From NCBI GenBank assembly GCA_037441705.1, contig JBBIRR010000001.1, positions 160,001 to 224,000 of the forward strand: DNA of 64,000 bases. Reading direction: 5' to 3'. Origin of the DNA: Ignavibacteriales bacterium. GTDB lineage: Bacteria; Bacteroidota; Ignavibacteria; UBA10030; UBA6906. The position numbers and the translations under genes were made by a program. The notes under the pieces are model-generated. The model did not search any database. It was not told where the DNA came from and was given only the letters and a program-made list of their open reading frames with translations. Below, piece after piece: positions 55,988 to 64,000 of this stretch; within the stretch, counting starts at the first letter, position 1; every line of letters starts with the position of its first letter.

Positions 55988-56323
55988 TTATGGTGTTTTT
56001 GATTCGAGCGCCGATATCCGCTGCTCATGGTCATCCAGTGTGCTCTTTGTTTTGGAGTAGTCGCGCCGGATTTCTTGAACAAGGTTTGTAAAATGGTACT
56101 GCATCTTCTCGTCCAACCGGGCGACAGTTGCGTCCGTGTAGGCCTTGAGCGTCTCCACGACGACCCCCAGCTTGGCATTGAGCTTTTCTTCAAGCTTTTC
56201 TTCAAGCTTTCGTTCGAGCTTTTGCTCGATCTTTTTCTCAAGGCGTGCACCAAAAGCAGCAAGCTCCTTCTGGAGAATAGCCTTTGTTACGATTTGACCG
56301 TTGATGGGTTTTTGTTTTGCCAT
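55988..56323 (-). CDS. Small coiled-coil hypothetical protein with (L/I)ExK repeats
   Basis: LEKKIEQKLERKLEEKLEEKLNAKL encoded by 12-bp repeats; ends LDDHEQRISALE. Confidence 0.65.
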   Translation of the reverse strand: MAKQKPINGQIVTKAILQKELAAFGARLEKKIEQKLERKLEEKLEEKLNAKLGVVVETLKAYTDATVARLDEKMQYHFTNLVQEIRRDYSKTKSTLDDHEQRISALESKTP

Positions 56324-56424
56324 CGAAATACTGAAGGTACGTGCGGCGTGTTCCGTTCGACCCAATGTACAATACACAATGTCGGAAGTCAAGGAAAATT
56401 CTTGAATCGCATCCGCCCGTTTCC

Positions 56425-57669
56425 TCACACATTCCTGTGGCAGCTGTAGCACGCCGGACTCGCATAGATGTATCCCTGTCGGTTCCGATGCTTATCGTCC
56501 ATGCGGGTTTGTTCGTGCTCATGGCAACTGAGGCAGGTGAAGACTTGATATTGTGTCGGGGTAGGATGGCATTGGGTGCAGGACGTCCACTTGTTGCGGT
56601 GTTTTCCCGAATAGATTCTGAACGAGCGCGCATCGTGATCGAACGTCGAAGGTTGCCACGCCGTTGTGGTATGACACGGCGTGCAGTCGTGGCTGAATTG
56701 TGAGGCGACGTGATTCGGATTCGCCGCCTGCTCGAATTGCTGCGCGTGACACTGGTAGCAGTCCTGGTACGTCAGAGCGTAGTTGTTGTTGATGTGACAC
56801 GATGCGCACACGGTGGTCGCGTGCCTGCCGGTAAGAGGGAAGCCCGTGCTGGCGTGGTCGAACGTTGCCGGTCGCCAGGTAGACTGCGTGTGGCAGGAGC
56901 GGCACTCGGTGGAGAACCCGTTTGCGGCGTGTGCAGGATTCGTTGCGTTCGCGTACTCCGAGCGATGACAGCCAACGCACGCTGCATCCAATCCGCGGAA
57001 ACGATTGCCGGCGTGACACTGTGAGCAGGCAGTTGCGGCGTGTGCACCCACAAGCGGAAAGGCTGTGCGCGCATGATCGAACCCCGTGCCCCAGCTTCGC
57101 GCGGCCGGCTGATGGCACTGCAGGCAATCGGTAGAAAACTGCGCCGCCGCATGATTGGGCGATGCCGTCTGCGCGTACTCCCTGCGGTGGCACGCCACAC
57201 ACTCGATCGGTGTGCCGGCATACAACTGCTGGGCAGCATTGGTATGACATGCTTCGCATGTGAGCGAGGCATGCCTGCCAAGCAGGGCAAACCGCGTCGC
57301 CTGATGTTTCTGCAGCATGTCGGTGACTTTCCACGATGTTGTGGTGTGGCACCGCACGCAGAGCATACCGAGTTCTGCCTTGTGCACATCCGTGTGGCAG
57401 GCGGTGCACGCGGAAGAGGTTTTGACAAACTTCAACCCGGCGTGGCAGCTCGCACACTTCACAGCCTCATGTGCGCCGGTGAGTGCAAAGCCCGTTGATG
57501 CGTGGCGAAACGTCGCGTCCCTTTTCATCTTCCACGAGTCCGTGCTATGACACGATGCGCAGGCTAAGCGTATCGGGCCGTGCGGAGATTCCTGAGAAAC
57601 AAGAAAGGATGGAAGCTGGGTGAGAAAAACCGTCATCATCGTCCGGCGCAAAATCTTCCCTGTCGTCAT
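56425..57669 (-). CDS. Multiheme c-type cytochrome, 16 CxxCH motifs
   Basis: AGGAGG RBS, signal peptide, 16 CxxCH counted, F.H..T.F.L.G.H repeats; paralogue of 60662-63232. Confidence 0.93.
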   Translation of the reverse strand: MTTGKILRRTMMTVFLTQLPSFLVSQESPHGPIRLACASCHSTDSWKMKRDATFRHASTGFALTGAHEAVKCASCHAGLKFVKTSSACTACHTDVHKAELGMLCVRCHTTTSWKVTDMLQKHQATRFALLGRHASLTCEACHTNAAQQLYAGTPIECVACHRREYAQTASPNHAAAQFSTDCLQCHQPAARSWGTGFDHARTAFPLVGAHAATACSQCHAGNRFRGLDAACVGCHRSEYANATNPAHAANGFSTECRSCHTQSTWRPATFDHASTGFPLTGRHATTVCASCHINNNYALTYQDCYQCHAQQFEQAANPNHVASQFSHDCTPCHTTTAWQPSTFDHDARSFRIYSGKHRNKWTSCTQCHPTPTQYQVFTCLSCHEHEQTRMDDKHRNRQGYIYASPACYSCHRNV

Positions 57670-57689
57670 CGTTGTTCCTCCTTTCCTGG

Positions 57690-59009
57690 TTAGGCTGCCG
57701 CTGCCTGTGCTTCGACCTCCACCGGTCGCATCTTGATGCCGCATCGTTTCAGCAGTTCGGTCGGCATCTCTCCTCCAGCAAACACAAAGACGAAGTCGTT
57801 GCGCAAGTTGTGCATAATGTTCCCGCGCTCCTGCACAATCACGGCGTCGGACTTGATCTCCACAACCTGCGAGGAGAAGATGACGTTGAGCTTGCCGGAT
57901 TCAATGAACTGCTGCACCTTCTGTTCGTTCTTCTCCTTCAACCGCACGAATTCTTCCTTGCGATAACTTATCGTCACGGTATTTCCGACCTGACTTGCAA
58001 GGCCGATAGCAGCTTCCACCGCGCTATCACCGCCGCCCACGACGAGGATGTGTTTGTGCTTGTAGGTTTCGGCTTCGATCAATCTATACATCACCTTCGT
58101 GAGCTGCTCGCCCGGCACGCCCAGTTTGCGCGGGCTGCCGCGCCGACCCAACGCAAGCATAACGTTGGCGGCTCGGAATTCCGCACCTTGCGTCTTCACG
58201 ATGAAGTGATCGTTCAACGCGTGGATCGCCTCCACCTTCTGGCCGGTCAGGATGTTCAGCCGGAACCGCCCGACAATGTCCTGCCAGATGGCAAGCAATT
58301 CTTCTTTCGAGATTTCAGAAACTTTCAGCTTGCCGTAGAGCGGCAGCTCGACGGGGCTGGTGAGGACGAGCTTTTGTCGCGGATAGTGGAGAATCGCGCC
58401 GCCGATTTCGTCCTGCTCGAGCACGACATAGCGCATGTTTTTTGCTTGTGCTGCAAGCGCGGCGGCAAGTCCGGCAGGCCCCGCACCGACAATCACGACA
58501 TCGAAATCGGCCACGTGTTTCGAGCGACGCGACGAGGCAATGTGCTCGAGACCTTTGATTCCCTGATGCACCGCGTTCTTGATCAAGCCGATCCCGCCCA
58601 ATTCACCCACAATATAGAGTCCGGCGACGTTCGTTTGAAAGTTATCGTCGTAGAACGGAATTTCCATCCCCTGGCGCGGCGTACCGAATGCAAGGGTCAC
58701 GGCCCCGACGGGACACACATCGGCACACAGACCGTGACCGACGCACTTTGTGCCGTTGATGATGGCCGGTCGCCCCTGAACAATTCCGAGCACATGCTCG
58801 GGACAGGCGCGCACGCAGCTCGCGCAGCCGATGCAATCCGTCAGATCGAAATGCGGATGCAGCGTCACAGGAGCCGTAATGCCCATTCGCCGACTCTTCT
58901 CATATTTTTCCGCGGCCTCACGATGATGGCGGGCAACGCGACGCCAGTACGGAACGGCAACCAGGCTCACAAGAATCAGGAAAATGACCGACGTGTAGAT
59001 GGTCTCCAT
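57690..59009 (-). CDS. Membrane-anchored 2x[4Fe-4S] / thioredoxin-reductase-like FAD-NAD(P) oxidoreductase
   Basis: N-terminal TM helix; CIGCASCVRACP; CVGHGLCADVCP; DVVIVGAGPAGL; ILVVGGGDSAVEAA; SYRK. Confidence 0.88.
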   Translation of the reverse strand: METIYTSVIFLILVSLVAVPYWRRVARHHREAAEKYEKSRRMGITAPVTLHPHFDLTDCIGCASCVRACPEHVLGIVQGRPAIINGTKCVGHGLCADVCPVGAVTLAFGTPRQGMEIPFYDDNFQTNVAGLYIVGELGGIGLIKNAVHQGIKGLEHIASSRRSKHVADFDVVIVGAGPAGLAAALAAQAKNMRYVVLEQDEIGGAILHYPRQKLVLTSPVELPLYGKLKVSEISKEELLAIWQDIVGRFRLNILTGQKVEAIHALNDHFIVKTQGAEFRAANVMLALGRRGSPRKLGVPGEQLTKVMYRLIEAETYKHKHILVVGGGDSAVEAAIGLASQVGNTVTISYRKEEFVRLKEKNEQKVQQFIESGKLNVIFSSQVVEIKSDAVIVQERGNIMHNLRNDFVFVFAGGEMPTELLKRCGIKMRPVEVEAQAAAA

Positions 59010-59066
59010 CTCGTTATCTCTCCTGCTCGATGTGCATGCTTGTGAGTGAAATGAAAATCAACGCCC

Positions 59067-60665
59067 TCAAAACCTCACGCTCAGTTCAGCGAAAACGGAG
59101 TTCGATATCGTGCCGTAGCCGTCCAGCCTATCGAACGTCGTCATCAAGGTAAGGGACTGAGTGATGAAGACGAGAAGGTCGGCGCCGAGGGTTGTACTGT
59201 GGTCGCGCTGGTTTGTCTGACGCACGGTGTAACCGCTACGTTGGATGCGCGCGGTGACATCGAACAGCGCGCCGAACGCCCGCTGCACGGCAACACCGTA
59301 GCCCGATGCGTGCGTGTAGCGGTTCGCATGCAGGTTCACCGTCGAACGCACGGCAATGCCTGAGGAAAGAATGTCGTTGAATGAAAGGGATGAGATGTTG
59401 GAGTATTCCCTGCCGAAGGCTGCCTCCGGTGCGTTGCGCGGCCGGTAGGTGTTTGTCAGAGCGATGCCCGCGGGAAGGAACCAATTGAACGTCAGGCTCA
59501 ATCCGGATCGCAGATCATCAATGAGCAGCGAATCGGGGATGTCGCGGACCGCGCGGAAGCTGTAATACGGACGCGCAGCGTCGGCACCGACTCCTACGCT
59601 GAGCGACCCTGCGATGCGATACGTGAGATGGATATAGGCAGCGGTCAAACGCGGCGAGAGAATGAACTCGCTCCCCGCCTTCTTCCGCAAATCTGTCTCG
59701 ACATTCCCATACACAAAGAGGCTGCTGCCAATCGAAGCGTTGAGCAGCAGGCTCGCCACTTCGCGGTCGAGAGCGGAACGATAGTACGTCCTCGCATACG
59801 CCGCACCAACGGAGAGTTGCGACGGCGCGGGCACCGACACTTGCGCGAACAGGGCGACCTTCTTGTACTCGGTGGAGATACTCCGGAGCGTGAAGTCCGG
59901 CTGATACCCAAGCGTCGTTCCGACAAGCAGGGGACCGAGCTTTGCCGAAGCCATCAGCCCGTCCACATAACCGATGGACGGCGCATAGATGGGGATGATC
60001 CTTCCAACGGAGAGAATCCGATCACCGTCGTCGTATGTTACCGAAAGTCCGTAGATGCGGGATTGGTTAACCGCGCGCTTCGAAAACGGACTCCGATTGC
60101 CGATGGTGAGCGAGCGAAGGTTGGCAAGGATTTCGACCTGCAGCGGCACATCACGCAGCCCGCCGCGCAAGTTCAGCACAACACCCGGTTGCGTAATGTT
60201 GAAGGCAGAGTTCTCATAAAGCGACGTGAAGTACTGTGCACTCACGCGTCCCTGCAGCGTGAACGGCGAGCGTTCTGCGATGGATGACGATCGAACCGGC
60301 TGAGGATTCGGCAGCGGCTCGCCGGACGTTCGCTCCAGTTGGGGTGCGGCGGGGTCGGCTTTCTTCTGCTCGAGCAGGATGACTCTCGCCCACACCTCAT
60401 CGCCGACCACAATCTGACGCAGCGCGCTCACGACCCTGCATACCGACGACTTGGAACTCACAGCGTACACCTTCAGCACCGCAGTGGTATCCCGTCCGGC
60501 AACGACGTACAGCAGCGTCGAGTCCTGCACGCCGCTTCCGCGACCCAGCGAGGTGTACACACTCCCGCCCGCAAGGTAGGTAACGGTTCCACGAACAATC
60601 TTCTCTTCCGCCTGCAGCATGCACGCCGCAAGCATTCCTATCACCACCACGGTCTTCTTCATCAC
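59067..60665 (-). CDS. Putative outer-membrane beta-barrel (porin-like) protein with N-terminal small beta domain
   Basis: Signal peptide; Pro-rich linker; alternating amphipathic strands; C-terminal ...VFAELSVRF (terminal Phe typical of beta-barrels); lies between cytochrome genes. Confidence 0.7.
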   Translation of the reverse strand: MMKKTVVVIGMLAACMLQAEEKIVRGTVTYLAGGSVYTSLGRGSGVQDSTLLYVVAGRDTTAVLKVYAVSSKSSVCRVVSALRQIVVGDEVWARVILLEQKKADPAAPQLERTSGEPLPNPQPVRSSSIAERSPFTLQGRVSAQYFTSLYENSAFNITQPGVVLNLRGGLRDVPLQVEILANLRSLTIGNRSPFSKRAVNQSRIYGLSVTYDDGDRILSVGRIIPIYAPSIGYVDGLMASAKLGPLLVGTTLGYQPDFTLRSISTEYKKVALFAQVSVPAPSQLSVGAAYARTYYRSALDREVASLLLNASIGSSLFVYGNVETDLRKKAGSEFILSPRLTAAYIHLTYRIAGSLSVGVGADAARPYYSFRAVRDIPDSLLIDDLRSGLSLTFNWFLPAGIALTNTYRPRNAPEAAFGREYSNISSLSFNDILSSGIAVRSTVNLHANRYTHASGYGVAVQRAFGALFDVTARIQRSGYTVRQTNQRDHSTTLGADLLVFITQSLTLMTTFDRLDGYGTISNSVFAELSVRF

Positions 60666-63232
60666 ACATTCCTATGGCAACTGTAACATGCTTGACTGTT
60701 GTACTGATAGTTCGGAACGTTCTGATGCTCGCGATCCATCTCGCTCTGGCGATGTTCGTGACAACTGATGCAGGTAAAGATCTGGTACTGCCCGAGGGTC
60801 GGGTGACATTGTGAGCAGGAGGTCCACTTCCCGCGGTGTTTGCCCGAATAAATCCTGAAATACTGCAGGTCGTGGTTGAATGTTGACGGCCTCCAGGCAG
60901 TCGTCGTGTGGCACGGTGTGCAATCGTGGCTGAACTGGAGCGTCACGTGATTGGGGTTCTGCGGCTGTGCATACTGCGCAGCATGGCATTGATAACAATC
61001 CTGATACGTCAAGTTGTAGTTGTTGTTGACATGACAGGAGACGCACGGCGTCGTTACGTGCCGTCCCGTGAGCGGGAATGCAGAGTTGTTATGATCGAAC
61101 GATGCCGGACTCCACGCCGCCGTTGTGTGACACTCTGTGCAGTTCTGACTGAAGTTGCGAGCCACGTGGTTTGGGTTGGTCGTGTTGTTGAAGTCGGTGA
61201 GATGACAACCCACACACGCCGTCGGCAAACCCTGGTACTGGTTGTTCACATGGCACTGGTTGCACGACGTTGCCAGATGCGCCCCGGTCAACGGAAACGC
61301 CGTGTTCGCATGATTGAACGTGGACGGCAGCCACGCCGTCGTCGTATGGCACGGCGCGCAGTCGTGATTGAAGTTGCCCAGCACGTGGTTCGGATTCGTC
61401 GGCAATGCATACTGCGCCGTGTGACAGGGATAGCAGTTCGTGTACTGCAGCTGATAATTCCCGCTCACGTGGCAATCCTGACACTGAATCGTTGCGTGCC
61501 GCCCCGTCAGCGGGAAGTTTGTGCTTGCATGATTGAACGACGCCGGATGCCACGCCGATTGAGTGTGGCACGTCAAACAATCGTGACTGAACTGTCCCTG
61601 CTGATGGTTGGGATTGGTCGTATTGTTGAAGGCCGTCGCATGGCAATCCCAGCACGTGTGCGGAAGATTCTGATACTGATTGTTGCGATGACATTGGTTG
61701 CACGTCACCGTCTGATGCGCGCCAACTAACGGAAACGCCGTGGTCGCATGATTGAACGTGGACGGCAACCATGCCGTCGTCGTGTGGCACGGCGCGCAGT
61801 CATGATTGAAGTTGCCCAGCACGTGGTTCGGATTCGTCGGCAATGCATACTGCGCCGTGTGACAGGGATAGCAGTCCGTGTACTGCAGCTGATAATTCCC
61901 GTTCACGTGGCAATCCTGACACTGAATCGTTGCGTGCCGCCCCGTCAGCGGGAAGTTTGTGCTTGCATGATTGAACGACGCCGGATGCCACGCCGAGGTT
62001 GTGTGACACTCCGTGCAATTCATACTGAAGCCTGCCGTCTGGTGGTTCGGATTCGTCGCGTTGTTGAAGTTCGACCTGTGGCAATCCACACAATTAGAGG
62101 GGATGGTGGTGTACTGCCCGTTCCGATGACATTGCTCGCAGCTGATGGCAAGATGTGCCCCGGTCAGCGGGAACGCCGTTGTGCTGTGATTGAAAGTCGA
62201 GGGCCGCCATGCAGTCTGCGAATGGCACGTTGCACATTCGGTCGGAAAGTTGCCCGCGGTGTGGTTGGGGCTCGTGGTGCCGTTGTACGCCGGGCGATGA
62301 CAGGCCACGCACTCCGTCGGCCTGCCGGCAAATTGATTATCCGCGTGACAGGCGCGGCATTGTTGGACGTGATGCGCGCCTACAAGAGGAAAGAGAGTTT
62401 GGTTGTGATCGAACCGCGCACCCTCCCACGTTGCAGTCGTATGGCAGCTTTGACATTCGGAGGAGAACCGCGCCGCCGCGTGGTTCGGATTGGTTGTTGA
62501 AGCAAACGCCGCTTGATGGCACGCAGCACATTGCTGAGGCGTGGAGCTAAACGCCGGTGTTGTGTGACAATCCGCGCAGGCGGTGGTTCGGTGCGCGCCC
62601 GTGAGGGGAAACGCCGTCCCTTCGTGCGTAAACCCTGTGCCCCACCGAAACGCCGTCACCTGATGGCATTGCTCGCAGTTAGGAGAAAAGCGAGCGAACG
62701 CGTGATTGGGATTCGTCGTGCGAGCGTAATCGGAACGGTGACAGCCGGCGCAGACGGTCGGCGTCCCCGCAAACAGCTTCTGCGCCGCGTTGGTGTGGCA
62801 CATCTGGCATGCGAGCGTTGCGTGCTTGCCCAACAGCGGAAAGCGCGTCAGTTGATGCTTCTGCACCATGTCCCCCACCCGCCAATTATCCGTCGAGTGA
62901 CAGCGTGTACAGCCTGTGCCCAACTCGCCGCGATGGACATCCGTGTGGCAGGAGAAGCAATCCGATGAGGCCTTTGCAAATTTCAATCCTGCGTGACAGG
63001 ACGAACATTGCAGCGAAGTGTGTTGCCCTTGCAACACGAAGCCGGTTGCGGCATGATCGAAGCTTGCATCTTTTCTCAGCTTCCACGTCTCAGTGTTGTG
63101 ACAGCTCGCGCAGGCATACCGAATCGGCCCGTGCGGCGATTCCTGAGCGTACACGTTCTCACCCACACATATCGCCAGCGTCAACAGACCGGCAACGAAC
63201 AGGGCTTGTCCTGTGTGTGCTCTGTTAACCAT
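60662..63232 (-). CDS. Large multiheme c-type cytochrome, 34 CxxCH motifs
   Basis: Signal peptide (VYA-QESPHG); 34 CxxCH counted; tandem 73-aa tri-heme modules. Confidence 0.94.
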   Translation of the reverse strand: MVNRAHTGQALFVAGLLTLAICVGENVYAQESPHGPIRYACASCHNTETWKLRKDASFDHAATGFVLQGQHTSLQCSSCHAGLKFAKASSDCFSCHTDVHRGELGTGCTRCHSTDNWRVGDMVQKHQLTRFPLLGKHATLACQMCHTNAAQKLFAGTPTVCAGCHRSDYARTTNPNHAFARFSPNCEQCHQVTAFRWGTGFTHEGTAFPLTGAHRTTACADCHTTPAFSSTPQQCAACHQAAFASTTNPNHAAARFSSECQSCHTTATWEGARFDHNQTLFPLVGAHHVQQCRACHADNQFAGRPTECVACHRPAYNGTTSPNHTAGNFPTECATCHSQTAWRPSTFNHSTTAFPLTGAHLAISCEQCHRNGQYTTIPSNCVDCHRSNFNNATNPNHQTAGFSMNCTECHTTSAWHPASFNHASTNFPLTGRHATIQCQDCHVNGNYQLQYTDCYPCHTAQYALPTNPNHVLGNFNHDCAPCHTTTAWLPSTFNHATTAFPLVGAHQTVTCNQCHRNNQYQNLPHTCWDCHATAFNNTTNPNHQQGQFSHDCLTCHTQSAWHPASFNHASTNFPLTGRHATIQCQDCHVSGNYQLQYTNCYPCHTAQYALPTNPNHVLGNFNHDCAPCHTTTAWLPSTFNHANTAFPLTGAHLATSCNQCHVNNQYQGLPTACVGCHLTDFNNTTNPNHVARNFSQNCTECHTTAAWSPASFDHNNSAFPLTGRHVTTPCVSCHVNNNYNLTYQDCYQCHAAQYAQPQNPNHVTLQFSHDCTPCHTTTAWRPSTFNHDLQYFRIYSGKHRGKWTSCSQCHPTLGQYQIFTCISCHEHRQSEMDREHQNVPNYQYNSQACYSCHRNV
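61306..61996. repeat. Intragenic direct repeat, 253 bp, offset 438 bp
   Basis: 61306-61558 versus 61744-61996; six substitutions counted by eye. Confidence 0.9.
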
Positions 63233-64000
63233 TGCGGATGCTTCCTGGTGTATGACATGATTCGCACGTTGATGGCATCGGCTTGAAGCGAACGAACGCC
63301 GTCGCCCCCCGGCGTTCTTCGCGATGGCACCGGCGGCACGGCACTCGCACATGAGCGCCCGTCAACGCAAACGTGCTGTGGGTATTGTGATCGAAAATCA
63401 GATTCTTCCATCCCTGTGGCTGGTGACAGCGGGCGCAATCGCTGGAGCCGTTGACGGCAAACTGACCCGCATGCGCATCCTCGTGGCACGCCGCGCACCG
63501 CCTGTCGGTTCCTTTGTACTGCGGCACCTCGAATCCTCCAACCTTCTTCGCGCGATGACAGGCGCCGCATCTGACGCTCGCATGTTTACCCACGAGGGGA
63601 AAGTTCGTCTTTGCATGATCGAAACTCTCGGGCCGCCAGTCGGTCGTGGAATGACATGCGTCGCAGCTTCTGCCTTTCATCTCCTGAGCAAACTGCCCTC
63701 CGTGGCGATCGCGATGGCACGCCTCGCAGCGCAGGTCGGCAAAGTGAAAGCCGCGCCGCCCGTCGTCGCCGCGCACGTGACAATCCTCGCAGAGCACCGC
63801 CGCATGCGCTCCCGTCAGCGGAAAACGCGCAGCACGATGAGCAGCCACGGTAAACGTCGCAGGAACGAACCCGAACGGCGTGTGGCACGATTCACACCGA
63901 TTGCCGAAGCGGGCGGCAAAATCTCCACGATGATAGTCCACGTGGCAATCAGTACACGCATTGTGTGCCAACTTCAGGGCCGAACCTGCGCGGGAGGTTC
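63225..64000 (-). CDS. Multiheme c-type cytochrome (partial; at least 10 CxxCH; continues past the window edge)
   Basis: Frame open to the edge (...TSRAGSALKLAHNACTDCH); 10 CxxCH visible; same F.H...F.L.G.H module type; overlaps the next start. Confidence 0.9.
   Translation of the reverse strand, partial: TSRAGSALKLAHNACTDCHVDYHRGDFAARFGNRCESCHTPFGFVPATFTVAAHRAARFPLTGAHAAVLCEDCHVRGDDGRRGFHFADLRCEACHRDRHGGQFAQEMKGRSCDACHSTTDWRPESFDHAKTNFPLVGKHASVRCGACHRAKKVGGFEVPQYKGTDRRCAACHEDAHAGQFAVNGSSDCARCHQPQGWKNLIFDHNTHSTFALTGAHVRVPCRRCHREERRGATAFVRFKPMPSTCESCHTPGSIRNG

Noticed and set aside
61306-61996. Diversity-generating retroelement template/variable repeat pair (given Avd-like proteins in the window)
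   Set aside because: Both copies are in frame in one gene, the six differences are not confined to adenines of one copy, and no reverse transcriptase is present.
60908-62968. Repetitive plus-strand ORFs (MIERRRMPRR...)
   Set aside because: Antisense reflections of the cytochrome module repeats.

Overview
Bacterial chromosomal window, GC-rich backbone. Three proteins carry 'L.QNYPNP.NP.T.I.F/Y...G.Y.Y.L' type IX secretion C-terminal domains, which points to the FCB group and most likely an Ignavibacteria-like lineage (inference). Contents in order: (1) an orphan LuxR/NarL regulator, a nested-palindrome MITE/REP-like element and tRNA-Pro(GGG); (2) a ~22 kb minus-strand Wzm/Wzt surface-polysaccharide locus (wecB, GT2/GT4/GT-C transferases, DegT aminotransferase, deacetylase, SGNH protein) bracketed by two paralogous GH8 hydrolases with different accessory domains; (3) a six-gene PAS/histidine kinase/response regulator cassette ending in HDOD and degenerate HD-GYP proteins; (4) housekeeping genes (msrA, rhomboid, DUF493, exonuclease-GIY-YIG fusion, PfkB kinase); (5) a complete reductive pyrimidine catabolism locus in which almost every gene junction holds a small accessory insert: four-helix-bundle genes flanked by inverted 7/8-mer arrays, an empty repeat hairpin, toxin-antitoxin-like pairs, gene fragments and a duplicated preT 3' end; (6) two more T9SS cargo proteins; (7) a porin-multiheme cytochrome cluster (16, 34 and at least 10 CxxCH motifs, built from 73-aa tri-heme modules) with a membrane-anchored, circularly permuted Fe-S/FAD oxidoreductase, running off the right edge. 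The best candidates for undescribed systems are the modular cytochrome conduit, the repeat-flanked four-helix-bundle elements and the GH8-bracketed polysaccharide locus. All family calls come from motif recognition by eye; no database searches were run.
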